DNA of 63,610 nt, filler included, from Octopus bimaculoides (Eukaryota): NCBI RefSeq assembly GCF_001194135.2. It is 5 parts of 5 records of this genome, joined end to end, with 100 filler letters (N's around TTAATTAATTAA, not from the genome) between each part and the next. Parts side by side here need not be neighbours in the genome. Positions count along the whole stretch, not along the records: positions 49,311 to 63,610 come from NC_068982.1; 4 more parts are not named here. One strand, given 5' to 3'. The notes under the pieces are model-generated. The model saw only the letters and a list, made by a program, of their open reading frames with translations. It had not been told where the DNA came from and did not search any database. Positions 53,365 to 63,610 of the stretch are shown one piece after another; within the stretch, counting starts at the first letter, position 1; each line of letters starts with the position of its first letter. Both the position numbers and the translations under genes were made by a program.

Positions 53365-53902
53365 ATATTTTTCCGACGAGAGTTCCGGACTCCAGTTGTG
53401 AACTCATTTGCATACAGCCGATCAGATCTCAACTATCGAACTGATTTATGAGCGCATAACAAATGATGGACGATAAGAGACGGTCACTTGGGTAAGGATT
53501 GACCATGTTCCTTTTCTCTTTTAAGAATGCTTGTTGTTTTTGTTTTTGTTTCAACCATGGCTGCCTCTGCGTAGTTATTTGTGTTGTTGTTTACTTTCTA
53601 AAACAGTAAGGGGAGGGGGTTGCTAGCACATCACCCTCTACCCACATTTTCCCCATCCACATCTTTACCATATGGGATCCTAACAAAATCCGATAATAGG
53701 TATAGATGCAAATCTATCTAATTACTTGTCTCCTAAAATCAGGTACAACTTGGCGATCGATCGACTTACAACACCGTTCTTCGTCCTGAGTTTACTTGGT
53801 AAAGTGTGTTTGTTAACTTGACAACAAGGTCAAGGTGAGCTCTGATTGGCTGTATGGAAATGAGTTCATTATTGGGGTCCGGAACTCTCGTGGGAAAAAT
53901 AT
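53365..53902. mobile_element. MITE-like element with about 67-bp inverted termini
   Basis: 53365-53431 is the reverse complement of 53836-53902 with a few mismatches; ATAT at both outer ends. Confidence 0.7.
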
Positions 53903-53904
53903 AT

Positions 53905-54215
53905 ATGAAGGGCTTAATCGAAGAAATTGATCCCAATACTCATGTTTTTTTTCTTTCTTATCCTGGTACTTATTCTAAATATCCTCTTTTGCCGAACCGC
54001 TAAGTTACGGAGACATAGACTAACCAACACCGGTTGCCAGACGGTAGCGGGGAACAAACACACACACACGCGCGCGCACAGACGCGCATATATGTATATA
54101 TACGCATATGCACATATATACATACACGACGGGATTCTTTCAGTTTCTGTCTATCAAATCCAATTATAAGGTTTTGGTCGGCCCGAGACCATAGTAGGGG
54201 ACGTTTGTTACGCAG
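53905..54215 (-). mobile_element. SINE family A (head truncated)
   Basis: Body and tail motifs present. Confidence 0.7.
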
Positions 54216-54368
54216 TGAGGATGAGCCCATGAAATTATATATATATATATATATATATATGAGAGGAAAAGGACAGTAAACACCAAGGCAGGACGAGTAT
54301 CTCAAATCATTTAGAATATTTAATTAGAGTTAAGTGAATTTGAGGTAATAAAATAATTAATTATTGGA

Positions 54369-54446
54369 TGTCTTACACCTGTTTCTGGGATATTTCGAAT
54401 GATAGGTTAGCATCTCAATACACTGGGTATTTAGTCATCAGAGACA
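54369..54446 (-). ncRNA. Type I hammerhead motif, same family as 122-259, stem II degraded
   Basis: Minus strand TGTCT-CTGATGA...atatccca-GAAAC-AGGT-GTA-AGACA; 5-bp helix I. Confidence 0.55.
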
Positions 54447-54888
54447 AGTCTTGTTTCTTTTAGTTTATCCTGTGACTCCTGTTCCTTCTGCCAGCCAGCA
54501 CAGTTGTGAATTATGCATTAGAATCTGCAAATCTTTGGCCAGGTTCAAGAGTCATACAAGACTCATTTCAATGACTCATTTCAGTGATTCTTTCTAGCAA
54601 TGGCTTTGTTGGTAAACGAGAAAGTAGCTACTATGTATGTATGTATGTATGTATGTATGTATGTATGTATGCATGTATGTATGTATGTATGTATGTACGT
54701 ACGTATGTATGGTTGTATGTATGTATGTATGTACGTACGTACCCACAAATATCATACAAAGTAAAAAGGAAGAAAAGAAAGAAGAAAGGAAGAAAGAAAT
54801 GAATAAGAAAGAAAGAAGAGGAAGAGAAATAAATCAATGAATAAGGCCATAGCATTACTTCACAGTGTGAAACTACAAATAGACTTAC

Positions 54889-55076
54889 CTATAGGTTGGG
54901 ATACTCTGGAATTTCTCAAAGGCTTTCTTTTGAATATTCAATTTGTACACTGTTGATTTTGTATTGTAAGTGTTGATTTTTTTGAAGTTTTGCGGCCCAA
55001 AATTGTAACTGTTTGCCACAACCAAATAATGATCATCGTTGATAGTGAAATACTCCCAGTCCACAGCACCCATTGT
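54889..55076 (-). CDS. TSPEAR: Internal exon (188 bp, phase 0 to phase 2) of TSPEAR, EAR/EPTP repeat
   Basis: Acceptor ...cttttcattttcAG, donor TATAG|GTAAGT. Translates TMGAVDWEYFTINDDHYLVVANSYNFGPQNFKKINTYNTKSTVYKLNIQKKAFEKFQSIPTY(S/R). In frame with the upstream exon across a 1603-bp GT-AG intron. Resembles vertebrate TSPEAR TFGAADWEVF...FLAVANS...SVIYELN...F (from memory). Confidence 0.92.
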
Positions 55077-55139
55077 CTGAAAATGAAAAGCAATAAAAGC
55101 GATATTCAATGTGTATGTAGCTATTATCTTCTGTTGTTG

Positions 55140-55485
55140 TTTTTTTAAACTTGTTTCAGTCATTAAACTGCAGCCATGCTTGGGAAGCGCCTTGAAGGGT
55201 TTTAGTGGAACGTATCGACCCCAGAACTTGTTTTAAAGCCTGATATTTGTTCTATCGAGCTCTTGCCGAATAGCTAAGTTACAGGGACGTAAAAACACCA
55301 ACACCGGTTGTCAAGCGGTAGTGGAGGACAAACACATACACAATGACACACACATATTCACACATATTTACATACACGCACACACACACACACACACATA
55401 TAAATATATATAAAGTGCCGCACAGTGGGACTGAACCCAGACCCATGCTGGAAGGCAAACTTCTTACCACACAGCTACTCCTGCG
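55140..55485 (-). mobile_element. SINE family A in the TSPEAR intron
   Basis: Tail starts about 60 bp from the exon acceptor; head ends ...cacagctactcctgc. Confidence 0.75.
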
Positions 55486-55678
55486 GTTAATTCATAAAAT
55501 GGGTCCTTAGTTGAAATTTTGATTTAGCGATTTAGTCGGTTATTTTTTGACCAAGTGCATATCCACTAATCTTCTAGGAAATGCATAAACGTCCAAACTT
55601 TCCCATGTTTCTCTTCTATTAAAGATTTCGTTAATGTGTCACATTTAGTAACAATTTCTGCAATTTCGAAGCGGTGAC

Positions 55679-55841
55679 ATGTTTTTACGTGCTACTATTA
55701 GTTTCATGTGCCGAGAGCATGCTAGACAGTGTTTTCAACACGCTTGCAGTGCCTGATGATTGTGCTAGGAGACCAGACGTGTTAAAAATACTGTCTGGCA
55801 TGCTCTCAGCACATGAAACTAATAGTAGCACATAAAAACAT
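55679..55841 (+). ncRNA. Fold-back element (64-bp arms) containing a type I hammerhead ribozyme motif
   Basis: Arms 55679-55742 and 55778-55841. GTGC-CTGATGA(55753-59), stem II TGTGCT/AGCACA, GAAAC(55815-19)-TAATA-GTA-GCAC; helix I is GTGC/GCAC. Confidence 0.7.
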
Positions 55842-55864
55842 ATACTGTATTTATTAGATAGCAT

Positions 55865-55936
<72 letters not shown>

Positions 55937-56219
55937 GTAATGCTGCATCTAACTTATAAATATGTAATATCCAATGTTAAACAAAAGACAGACATACACA
56001 TGAGACTACACTCATTAACACCCACACACACACGTATATGCACACACAGGTACGCATGATCACACACATAATTTATCTTCTGTTTTTCCTTCTCTTTCTC
56101 GTACAAAGAAAAAATTATTCAACTTATAACATGAATGTTCATGCGGTAGGAGCGAAAATTTAAAAGAAAATATTTGAAGCAATTTATACAACTGCAGAGA
56201 TAAGGAAGTAATATTTAAA

Positions 56220-56634
56220 TAGAAGTTAGTTGTTAGTTGAAGACATAGATTTAGTTCTACAGGGTGATTCAAAAGTCTCCATACATAGGAAAAAATTTAT
56301 TCTTTTATTAGAAACAGTTTATAAGACCCCCTAGATCCCCTGATCTGACCACTCTTGATTTCTATCTTTGGGGGCATTTGAAAGGTATGGTGTATCGCGG
56401 AAAGATAAAAAAACATAGATGATTTGAAGGAACGGATCACGAACTCCTTTGCACACGTATCACCAGATGTGCTATTACGAGTTCACAATGAGTGCGGTAA
56501 ACGTATTGCAACGTGTATTCAAAATAATGGTAACAATATAGAGCTTGTTAAATAAAAAAAAAAACCTGTTCTTATAAACTGTTTCTTATAAAAAGATAAA
56601 CTGTTCCTATGTAAGGCGACTTTGAATCACCCTG
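56220..56634 (+). mobile_element. Tc1/mariner-derived MITE with the transposase 3' end
   Basis: TA-CAGGGTGATTCAAAAGTC ... GACTTTGAATCACCCTG-TA; internal PDLTTLDFYLWGHLKGMVY. Confidence 0.88.
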
Positions 56635-56679
56635 TAATTATAACTAGAAATGACTGGAGCAGACGATAAATATCATTAC

Positions 56680-56909
56680 CTCCATACTGTTGAATTTGAC
56701 AAACTTGTCATTGTGCCAAATGTATACTACTGAATGCAACAAGGTACTGCGCCCATCAAAAGCATGAGATATAATCAAGAACTGATAATCTTGGACACTG
56801 AAAGCTGTTATGTCACGAGCGCCTATTGTTTTCAAGAGCTGATATTTCTCGAATTTTCTCAGTTTCCGGTTCCAGCGGTAAATGACAGATGTCGTGTGTA
56901 GACTGTTTC
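56680..56909 (-). CDS. TSPEAR: Internal exon (230 bp, phase 1 to phase 0) of a thrombospondin-type laminin G and EAR repeat protein
   Basis: Acceptor ...gtcttacAG, donor GAG|GTAATG. Translates (G)NSLHTTSVIYRWNRKLRKFEKYQLLKTIGARDITAFSVQDYQFLIISHAFDGRSTLLHSVVYIWHNDKFVKFNSME, which fits the EAR/EPTP pattern SVIYxW...F...Q...T.GA.D...F. Confidence 0.9.
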
Positions 56910-57080
56910 CTGTAAGACATCATGGATACATATAATGATGGTTAATGAGTGCAATAAAATCCCTCATACCTGATTAGTATTGGTTAATTATAAAGATATG
57001 ATTTAGAAGTTTAAACTGAATGGAAACGATTGTTATCTACAATAGGAATATGGAATGACATGACATACATTTGATATATG

Positions 57081-57122
<42 letters not shown>

Positions 57123-57296
57123 ATCTCTCCATCTCTCTCTCTTTACACTTACACACACATATATGTAGATATATTTGTACGTATATATGCATATGTATGT
57201 ATGCATTTATGTGTGTATGTATGTATGTACACACACACACACGTATATATGTGTGTGCATATATACATTCGTATTTACATATAATACACACATACG

Positions 57297-57330
<34 letters not shown>

Positions 57331-57699
57331 TGTATGTATGTATGTATGTATGCATGCATGCATGCATGCGTGAATGTTTCTCTTCGGAAGAAGGAACTGA
57401 TTTCTCACAAACATAGAAAGCTTCATCATTGGAATGTAGATAACGAAAACAATGTCAAATTTTCAACTCGAGAAAAGCCTCGGGTTGAATACAGATTGTA
57501 TTTATAATGTACAAATCAATTGGTTGATTTCTTTTTTCGAAAATTCAAGCTTATCCAGACTGACAGTTTTGGTATTTACTTACAAAACTTAATGCTCCAA
57601 TTATCATTGATATAAATGTAAATTTGTAATCCGGGTATAGATGTTGGAGGCTTCAAAGTTGTTGTCCATCATAGTTATCTTCTTTCTCTTTGATTTTCA

Positions 57700-58070
57700 T
57701 GTATGTTATCAATCAGTTTCATTTCTGTATTTCTTATCAATAGAGAAAGAGCCGGACTCTAACATAGATTCATGGCTCCTTCATTGGAAATTTTATCAAT
57801 ATCATCTAGGTATTTGTGCATATGTGTGTGTGTGTGCAGTATTTGGTGTTAGTGTATGCGCAGATTTGTATGTTTGTTTTATGAATGCGTTTTTATGTAT
57901 ATATTTTCATGTCTAGGCGCATGCATATGTATTTATGTGCTAAACTTTTGGAAAGTTTTACGTATCTTTACAGTTCCATTAATGACTTGAATCTGTAGTC
58001 TTCTAATCAGCTTTTTTTTTCAGGTTTTGAGAACCCTAATTTTTCCAGGTTTTTGATGAGGCAGTTCGTT
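57700..58070 (-). mobile_element. R4/Dong-type LINE 3' fragment and UTR
   Basis: NCLIKNLEKLGFSKPE...RRLQIQVINGTVKIRKTFQKF-like end; 5' junction at (CATA)n; conserved UTR motif at 57740-57790. Confidence 0.7.
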
Positions 58071-58105
58071 GCATGTATGTATGTATGTATGTATGTATGT
58101 ATGTA

Positions 58106-58200
<95 letters not shown>

Positions 58201-58777
58201 AATACGGTGTGTGTATGTGAGCCTATGCATTAGCAACGCGACTATGATCGAGTCTGATCTATTTTATTAAGGATTCTTCCTACTTCCTTGACTCTTTATG
58301 ATTGGTTAGGAGTAACAACGTTCATTAATATTTCATGACCTCGATCAAATTTGCTGAATGAGATGATAGTAATAGTAGTATGATGGTCGCACGCTTTGCA
58401 GTATTTCGCAAGCGATCATGAGAATACTGTTATAACTTACGATAAAAGTGACCGGAGTTTAAATTATTCAAAGGTTGGCTTCAGGTAGATTCCATATTTA
58501 TTTCATAAGTGTTATATCAGTGTACTGGTTTTCAGTTTGTATTTTGCTAGTTGTCATAGTCAGTTTTCTCTTTATTTCATGCAGTATGAATTCTTATTCC
58601 ATGTAATATTATATTCTCTTTATAGCATATACAAAGTATTGTAATAACTCCTTGCCATAAATGCACGAAGAAGCAGTGAAAAAGTGTCCTACTGCTGCGT
58701 TCGATGTAATATTTATGTATGTATATATAGTATATATATATATACATACATATCTATATATATGTGCATATATATGT

Positions 58778-58847
<70 letters not shown>

Positions 58848-59619
58848 NNNNNNNNNNNNNNNNNNNNNNNNNNNNNNNNNNNNNNNNNNNNNNNNNNNNN
58901 NNNNNNNNNNNNNNNNNNNNNNNNNNNNNNNNNNNNNNNNNNNNNNNNNNNNNNNNNNNNNNNNNNNNNNNNNNNNNNNNNNNNNNNNNNNNNNNNNNNN
59001 NNNNNNNNNNNNNNNNNNNNNNNNNNNNNNNNNNNNNNNNNNNNNNNNNNNNNNNNNNNNNNNNNNNNNNNNNNNNNNNNNNNNNNNNNNNNNNNNNNNN
59101 NNNNNNNNNNNNNNNNNNNNNNNNNNNNNNNNNNNNNNNNNNNNNNNNNNNNNNNNNNNNNNNNNNNNNNNNNNNNNNNNNNNNNNNNNNNNNNNNNNNN
59201 NNNNNNNNNNNNNNNNNNNNNNNNNNNNNNNNNNNNNNNNNNNNNNNNNNNNNNNNNNNNNNNNNNNNNNNNNNNNNNNNNNNNNNNNNNNNNNNNNNNN
59301 NNNNNNNNNNNNNNNNNNNNNNNNNNNNNNNNNNNNNNNNNNNNNNNNNNNNNNNNNNNNNNNNNNNNNNNNNNNNNNNNNNNNNNNNNNNNNNNNNNNN
59401 NNNNNNNNNNNNNNNNNNNNNNNNNNNNNNNNNNNNNNNNNNNNNNNNNNNNNNNNNNNNNNNNNNNNNNNNNNNNNNNNNNNNNNNNNNNNNNNNNNNN
59501 NNNNNNNNNNNNNNNNNNNNNNNNNNNNNNNNNNNNNNNNNNNNNNNNNNNNNNNNNNNNNNNNNNNNNNNNNNNNNNNNNNNNNNNNNNNATATATATA
59601 TATATATATATATATATAT

Positions 59620-59780
59620 ACGACAGGCTTCTTTCAGTTTCCGTCTACCAAATCCACTCACAAAGCTTTGGTTGGCCCGAGGCTATAGTAGAAGTCACTT
59701 GCCCAAGGTGCCACGCAGTGGGACTGAATCCAGAACCATGTGGTTGGTAAGCTAGCTACTGACCACATAGCCACTCCAAA
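59620..59780 (-). mobile_element. SINE family A 5' half (rest in gap)
   Basis: Near-consensus head. Confidence 0.8.
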
Positions 59781-60147
59781 CGCCTAGATAATTATTTCTT
59801 CTGAACTTTATTGGTTTTTCTTTCAACATGTATGTTAATTATAACACAATTACAATATTATCGCTGTTAGTTTCACAACCAATTGTCTATGTATTCACTT
59901 TGACTGTGGCTTGTCAGAATTCTTGAAGATCAACGTATATGTATTTCAAAATGAATAATCTAAACGTTTGAAGCTAATAGCCAGTGATTTATTTTGTAAT
60001 TGACCGATTTACAATAAAGCAATATCATGTTTAAAGTTTGGCACTAGTTTCGTGGATAAAATAATGAAGTAAGTGTATGTATATATGCGTGTGTATATGT
60101 ATGTCTATACACACACATACACACAAACATACACACACACACACACA

Positions 60148-60249
<102 letters not shown>

Positions 60250-61135
60250 TGTGCATGAATGTAAAAGCGTATGTAAATGTGCCCGCATTCTTATTCGTTA
60301 ATTTATTCCAATAGAGAAAAAGTCCGTCTCCAGGAAACGTTTGGCTTTTTTATTGAAATTTAGACGGTGATAATGTATGCAAAACGTTAGAAAGAGAAAA
60401 GCTCACATGAATATAAACTCTCCGGCTTATTCATTTAATATCAGAAGCTGTCAAAGTGGGGTGGTGGTGGTGGTGGTGGGGGACTTTATTTTATTTCAGC
60501 CTTACCTTTGACCTTTTGCACAATAATTTCTTGCAGTTATTGTACAAATGTCTATGTTGTAATCAAATGTATCAATAATTATAGATTGAAACTGGATCAT
60601 CTAAAAGTAAGAAGAATTGGAAGAAGATGCAACTGTGGATTGAGTTTCCTCTTTCCACTGACCTTTATCCAGACATTTACACAAAGAATAAATGACATTT
60701 TTTATGTCTTAATGGGCAGAGACGAGGCAGTGCTCATGACCATTCTCATGGTTTCCAAGACTGGCGAGAGGAAGAGGAAGGAGAAATTATACTCAAACAG
60801 AAAATCTGGATGGATTAACACCCTGGAATGGAGCGGATTCAGCTAAAGGTATCACATAATTTCGTGGTGATATTGTCAAACTGGGAAAGAGGTTCAGTTT
60901 TACATTTTATCTCAGAGTTTAACAAATTTTCTATCGCTTTGTACAGCATTTCCCCATCAAGTTTGACATTATCACTCACGTTCTCATCGACGTCAATCGG
61001 AAATTCGTCATTGTCAGACTTAATTCGTCATTGTCAGACTTACTTGTCGCAGATATGTAAAAAGAATGTAAACATAAAAAAGTTTTGTAAAGGAATACAA
61101 GTTTTGTATGGTGATAAGAATTGTGGCATTTCTAT

Positions 61136-61520
61136 TGTTGTTGGCACTGCGTCGCTTACGACGTCGAGGGTTCCAGTTGATCCGATCAACGGAACAGCCT
61201 GCTCGTGAAATTAACGTGCAAGTGGCTGAGCACTCCACAGACACGTGTACCCTTAACGTAGTTCTCGGGGATATTCAGCGTGACACAGTGTGACAAGGCT
61301 GATCCTTTGAATTACAGGCACAACAGAAACAGGAAGTAAGAGTGAGAGAAAGTCGTGGTGGAAGAGTACAGCAGGGTTCGCCACCATCCCCTGCCGGAGC
61401 CTCGTGGAGCTTTAGGTGTTTTCGCTCAATAAACACTCACAACGCCCGGTCTGGGCATCGAAACCGCGATCCTATGACCGTGAGTCCGCTGCCCTAACCA
61501 CTGGGCCATTGCGCCTCCAC
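61136..61520 (-). mobile_element. tRNA-derived SINE family C, full length
   Basis: Head gtggaggcgcaatggcccagtggttagggcagcggactc...ggtttcgatgcc with A and B boxes; CpG-rich, so probably young. Confidence 0.9.
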
Positions 61521-61544
61521 TGTGGCGTTTCTGTAAATATCTTT

Positions 61545-61910
61545 TATCTTTTATTGTTTCAGTCATAAGACTGTGGCCATGCTGGGGCATCGCCTTCAAG
61601 AGTTTTTTAGTCGAACGAATCAATCCCACTTCTTTTTTAAGCCTAGTACTTATACTATCGATGTAGCTGCTAAGTTATGGAAACGTAAACACACCAATAC
61701 CGGTCGACACGCGATGGTGAGAGACAAAACTGACACAGACACACACACATATAATATATATACGACGAGCCTCTTTTAGTTTCTTCCACCAAATCCACTC
61801 ACAAGCCTTTGGTCGGCCCGCGGTTATAGCAGAAAACATATGCCCTAGGTGTCACGCAGTGGGACTGAACCACTTGGTTGGGAGGTAAACTTCTCACACA
61901 GCCACGTCTG
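61545..61910 (-). mobile_element. SINE family A
   Basis: Tail, body and head motifs present. Confidence 0.75.
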
Positions 61911-62151
61911 TGCCTCTATACATTATTACGTTTAGTACATTAGGTGAAAAGCTACATACTATACTATATAGAAAGCACGACATCCCTCTTCTGTACTCTC
62001 TTAACATATTCCAAAAAAATCCGGTCCAGTCATCTTCGATAATCCAGTAATTCAGCTCGTTATCGGCTAATTTACAGACACGCACACGCGCACACATGCG
62101 CACACACGCGCGCGTGCGCATGTATGTATGTATGTATGTATGTATGTATGT

Positions 62152-62533
62152 GTGGAGTCGCAATGGCCCAGTGGTTAGGGCAGCGGACTCACGGTCATAG
62201 GATCGCGGTTTCGATTCCCAAACCGGGCGTTGTGAGTGTTTATTGAGCGAAAACACCTTAAGCTCCACGAGGCTCCGGCAGGGGATGGTGGCGAACCCTG
62301 CTGTACTCTTTCACCACAACTTTCTCTCACTCTCTCTTCCTGTTTCTGTTGTGCCTGTAATTCAAAGGGTCAGCCTTGTCACACTGTGTCATGCTGAATA
62401 TTCCCGAGAACTACGTTAAGGGTACACGTGTCTGTGGAGTGCTCAGCCACTTGCACGTTAATTTCACGAGCAGGCTGTTCCATTGATTGGATCAACTGGA
62501 ACCCTCGACGTCGTAAGCGACGGAGTGCCAACA
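62152..62533 (+). mobile_element. SINE family C, full length, inverted relative to 61136-61520
   Basis: Near-identical reverse complement of the upstream copy. Confidence 0.9.
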
Positions 62534-62619
62534 AACAAACAAAAAAAAAGATGTATGTATGTATGTATGTATGCATGTATGTATGTATGCATGTATGTAT
62601 GTATGTATGTATGTATGTA

Positions 62620-63060
62620 AGTTCTCTTCTATTTTCAATTATGTAAATTCTTCCTCTGAAGAAGAAGCCGGTTTCTAAGCTCCATTGTTGGATTGTAGAT
62701 AATAAAACAATGTAACATTTCAAACTTTAGAAAAGTTTTGCATAATTTTACTCTTCCACTTACAGATTATATTTGTAACGTACGAGTTAGTTGTTTGATT
62801 TCGTTTTCTGAAAACCCTAGCTCATCCAGATTGTCACTTAGGCATTTACTCAGAAAGCCAAGTACACCAATTATTATTGGTATAAATGTGAATTTATAAT
62901 CTGTGTATAAAAGCTGGAGGTTTCGAAGTAGTTGTACATTGCTATCCTCTTTCTCTTTGATTTTTAGAGAGATATTCACGTCAGCAGGACAGCTGACCTC
63001 TATGATGGTACATACTTTTTCTTGTCTGTCCCAAACAACATCTGGCCTGCTTTGCTTATA
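62620..63060 (-). mobile_element. R4/Dong-type LINE RLE domain and 3' UTR
   Basis: KYKQSRPDVVWDRQEKVCTIIEVSCPADVNISLKIKEKE...FIPIIIGVLG (PD..D/E-x-K type RLE); ends in (CATA)n. Confidence 0.85.
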
Positions 63061-63579
63061 CTTGATAGGCTTCTTTTTATTCACGTCTACCAAATCCACT
63101 CAGAAGGCTTTGGTTGGCCAGAAGCTATAGCAGAAAACACCTGTCCAAGGTGCCATGCAATGGGACTGAACAAGCTTCTTGCCACACAGATGCGCATCAT
63201 TAAATAGGGAGGGAAGGCAATGCTCATGACACATTACAGGGCTTCTGAGACTGGTAGGAGGTGGGGAGGAAGATATATGGAGCATTCGCAACAGAGTGGA
63301 CTCCGCTAAAAGCACCGAAGGTAACAGATGGTGGTGTTAAAAACATGCGATAAGTAACGTCTACCACCCATGTAGACCGTGGCAGAATCTGGATTCAGAA
63401 TACAAAGTTACGCACTGGAGTCGATGCAATCAACTTAATCCCTTTGTCTGTCCTTGTTTGTCCCTTCTATGTTTAGCCCCCAGTAGGCAATAAAGACATA
63501 TATATATATAAAATTTATTAATGAGGGTAGAAATTGATATTAATCAATTAAAACCAGTGGTCTAGCATATTAAACATCG

Positions 63580-63610
<31 letters not shown>

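Noticed and set aside
60540-61070. ORFs at 60508-61244
   Set aside because: No recognisable homology; partly run into SINE sequence; likely an unclassified decayed repeat.
61440-61520. tRNA-like sequence (also 62152-62230 and the family A heads)
   Set aside because: SINE heads continuous with SINE bodies, not free tRNA genes.

Overview
AT-rich, microsatellite-dense eukaryotic draft-assembly sequence with many N gaps. The SINE and LINE families look like those of an octopus genome (inferred, probably Octopus bimaculoides). The only host coding sequence I can support is two minus-strand exons (56680-56909 and 54889-55076). They have canonical GT-AG sites and compatible phases, and encode EAR/EPTP repeats of a TSPEAR orthologue; the adjacent exons are not visible. 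The rest is intronic or intergenic and filled with mobile DNA: tRNA-derived SINEs, R4/Dong-type (RLE) LINE fragments tied to (CATA)n arrays, CR1-like and Penelope-like remnants, Tc1/mariner elements and several MITE types. The most interesting signals are (i) type I hammerhead-ribozyme motifs, several inside short fold-back elements, (ii) a GG-terminated MITE with an 8-bp TSD and an internal head-to-head telomere-repeat palindrome, (iii) a same-orientation stack of R4/Dong insertions in (CATA)n with a conserved, hammerhead-resembling 3' UTR, and (iv) a near-identical inverted SINE pair probably inside the TSPEAR transcript. Most ORFs in the supplied track are microsatellite or N-gap artefacts. 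Repeat boundaries are approximate unless a TIR, TSD or splice site is quoted.
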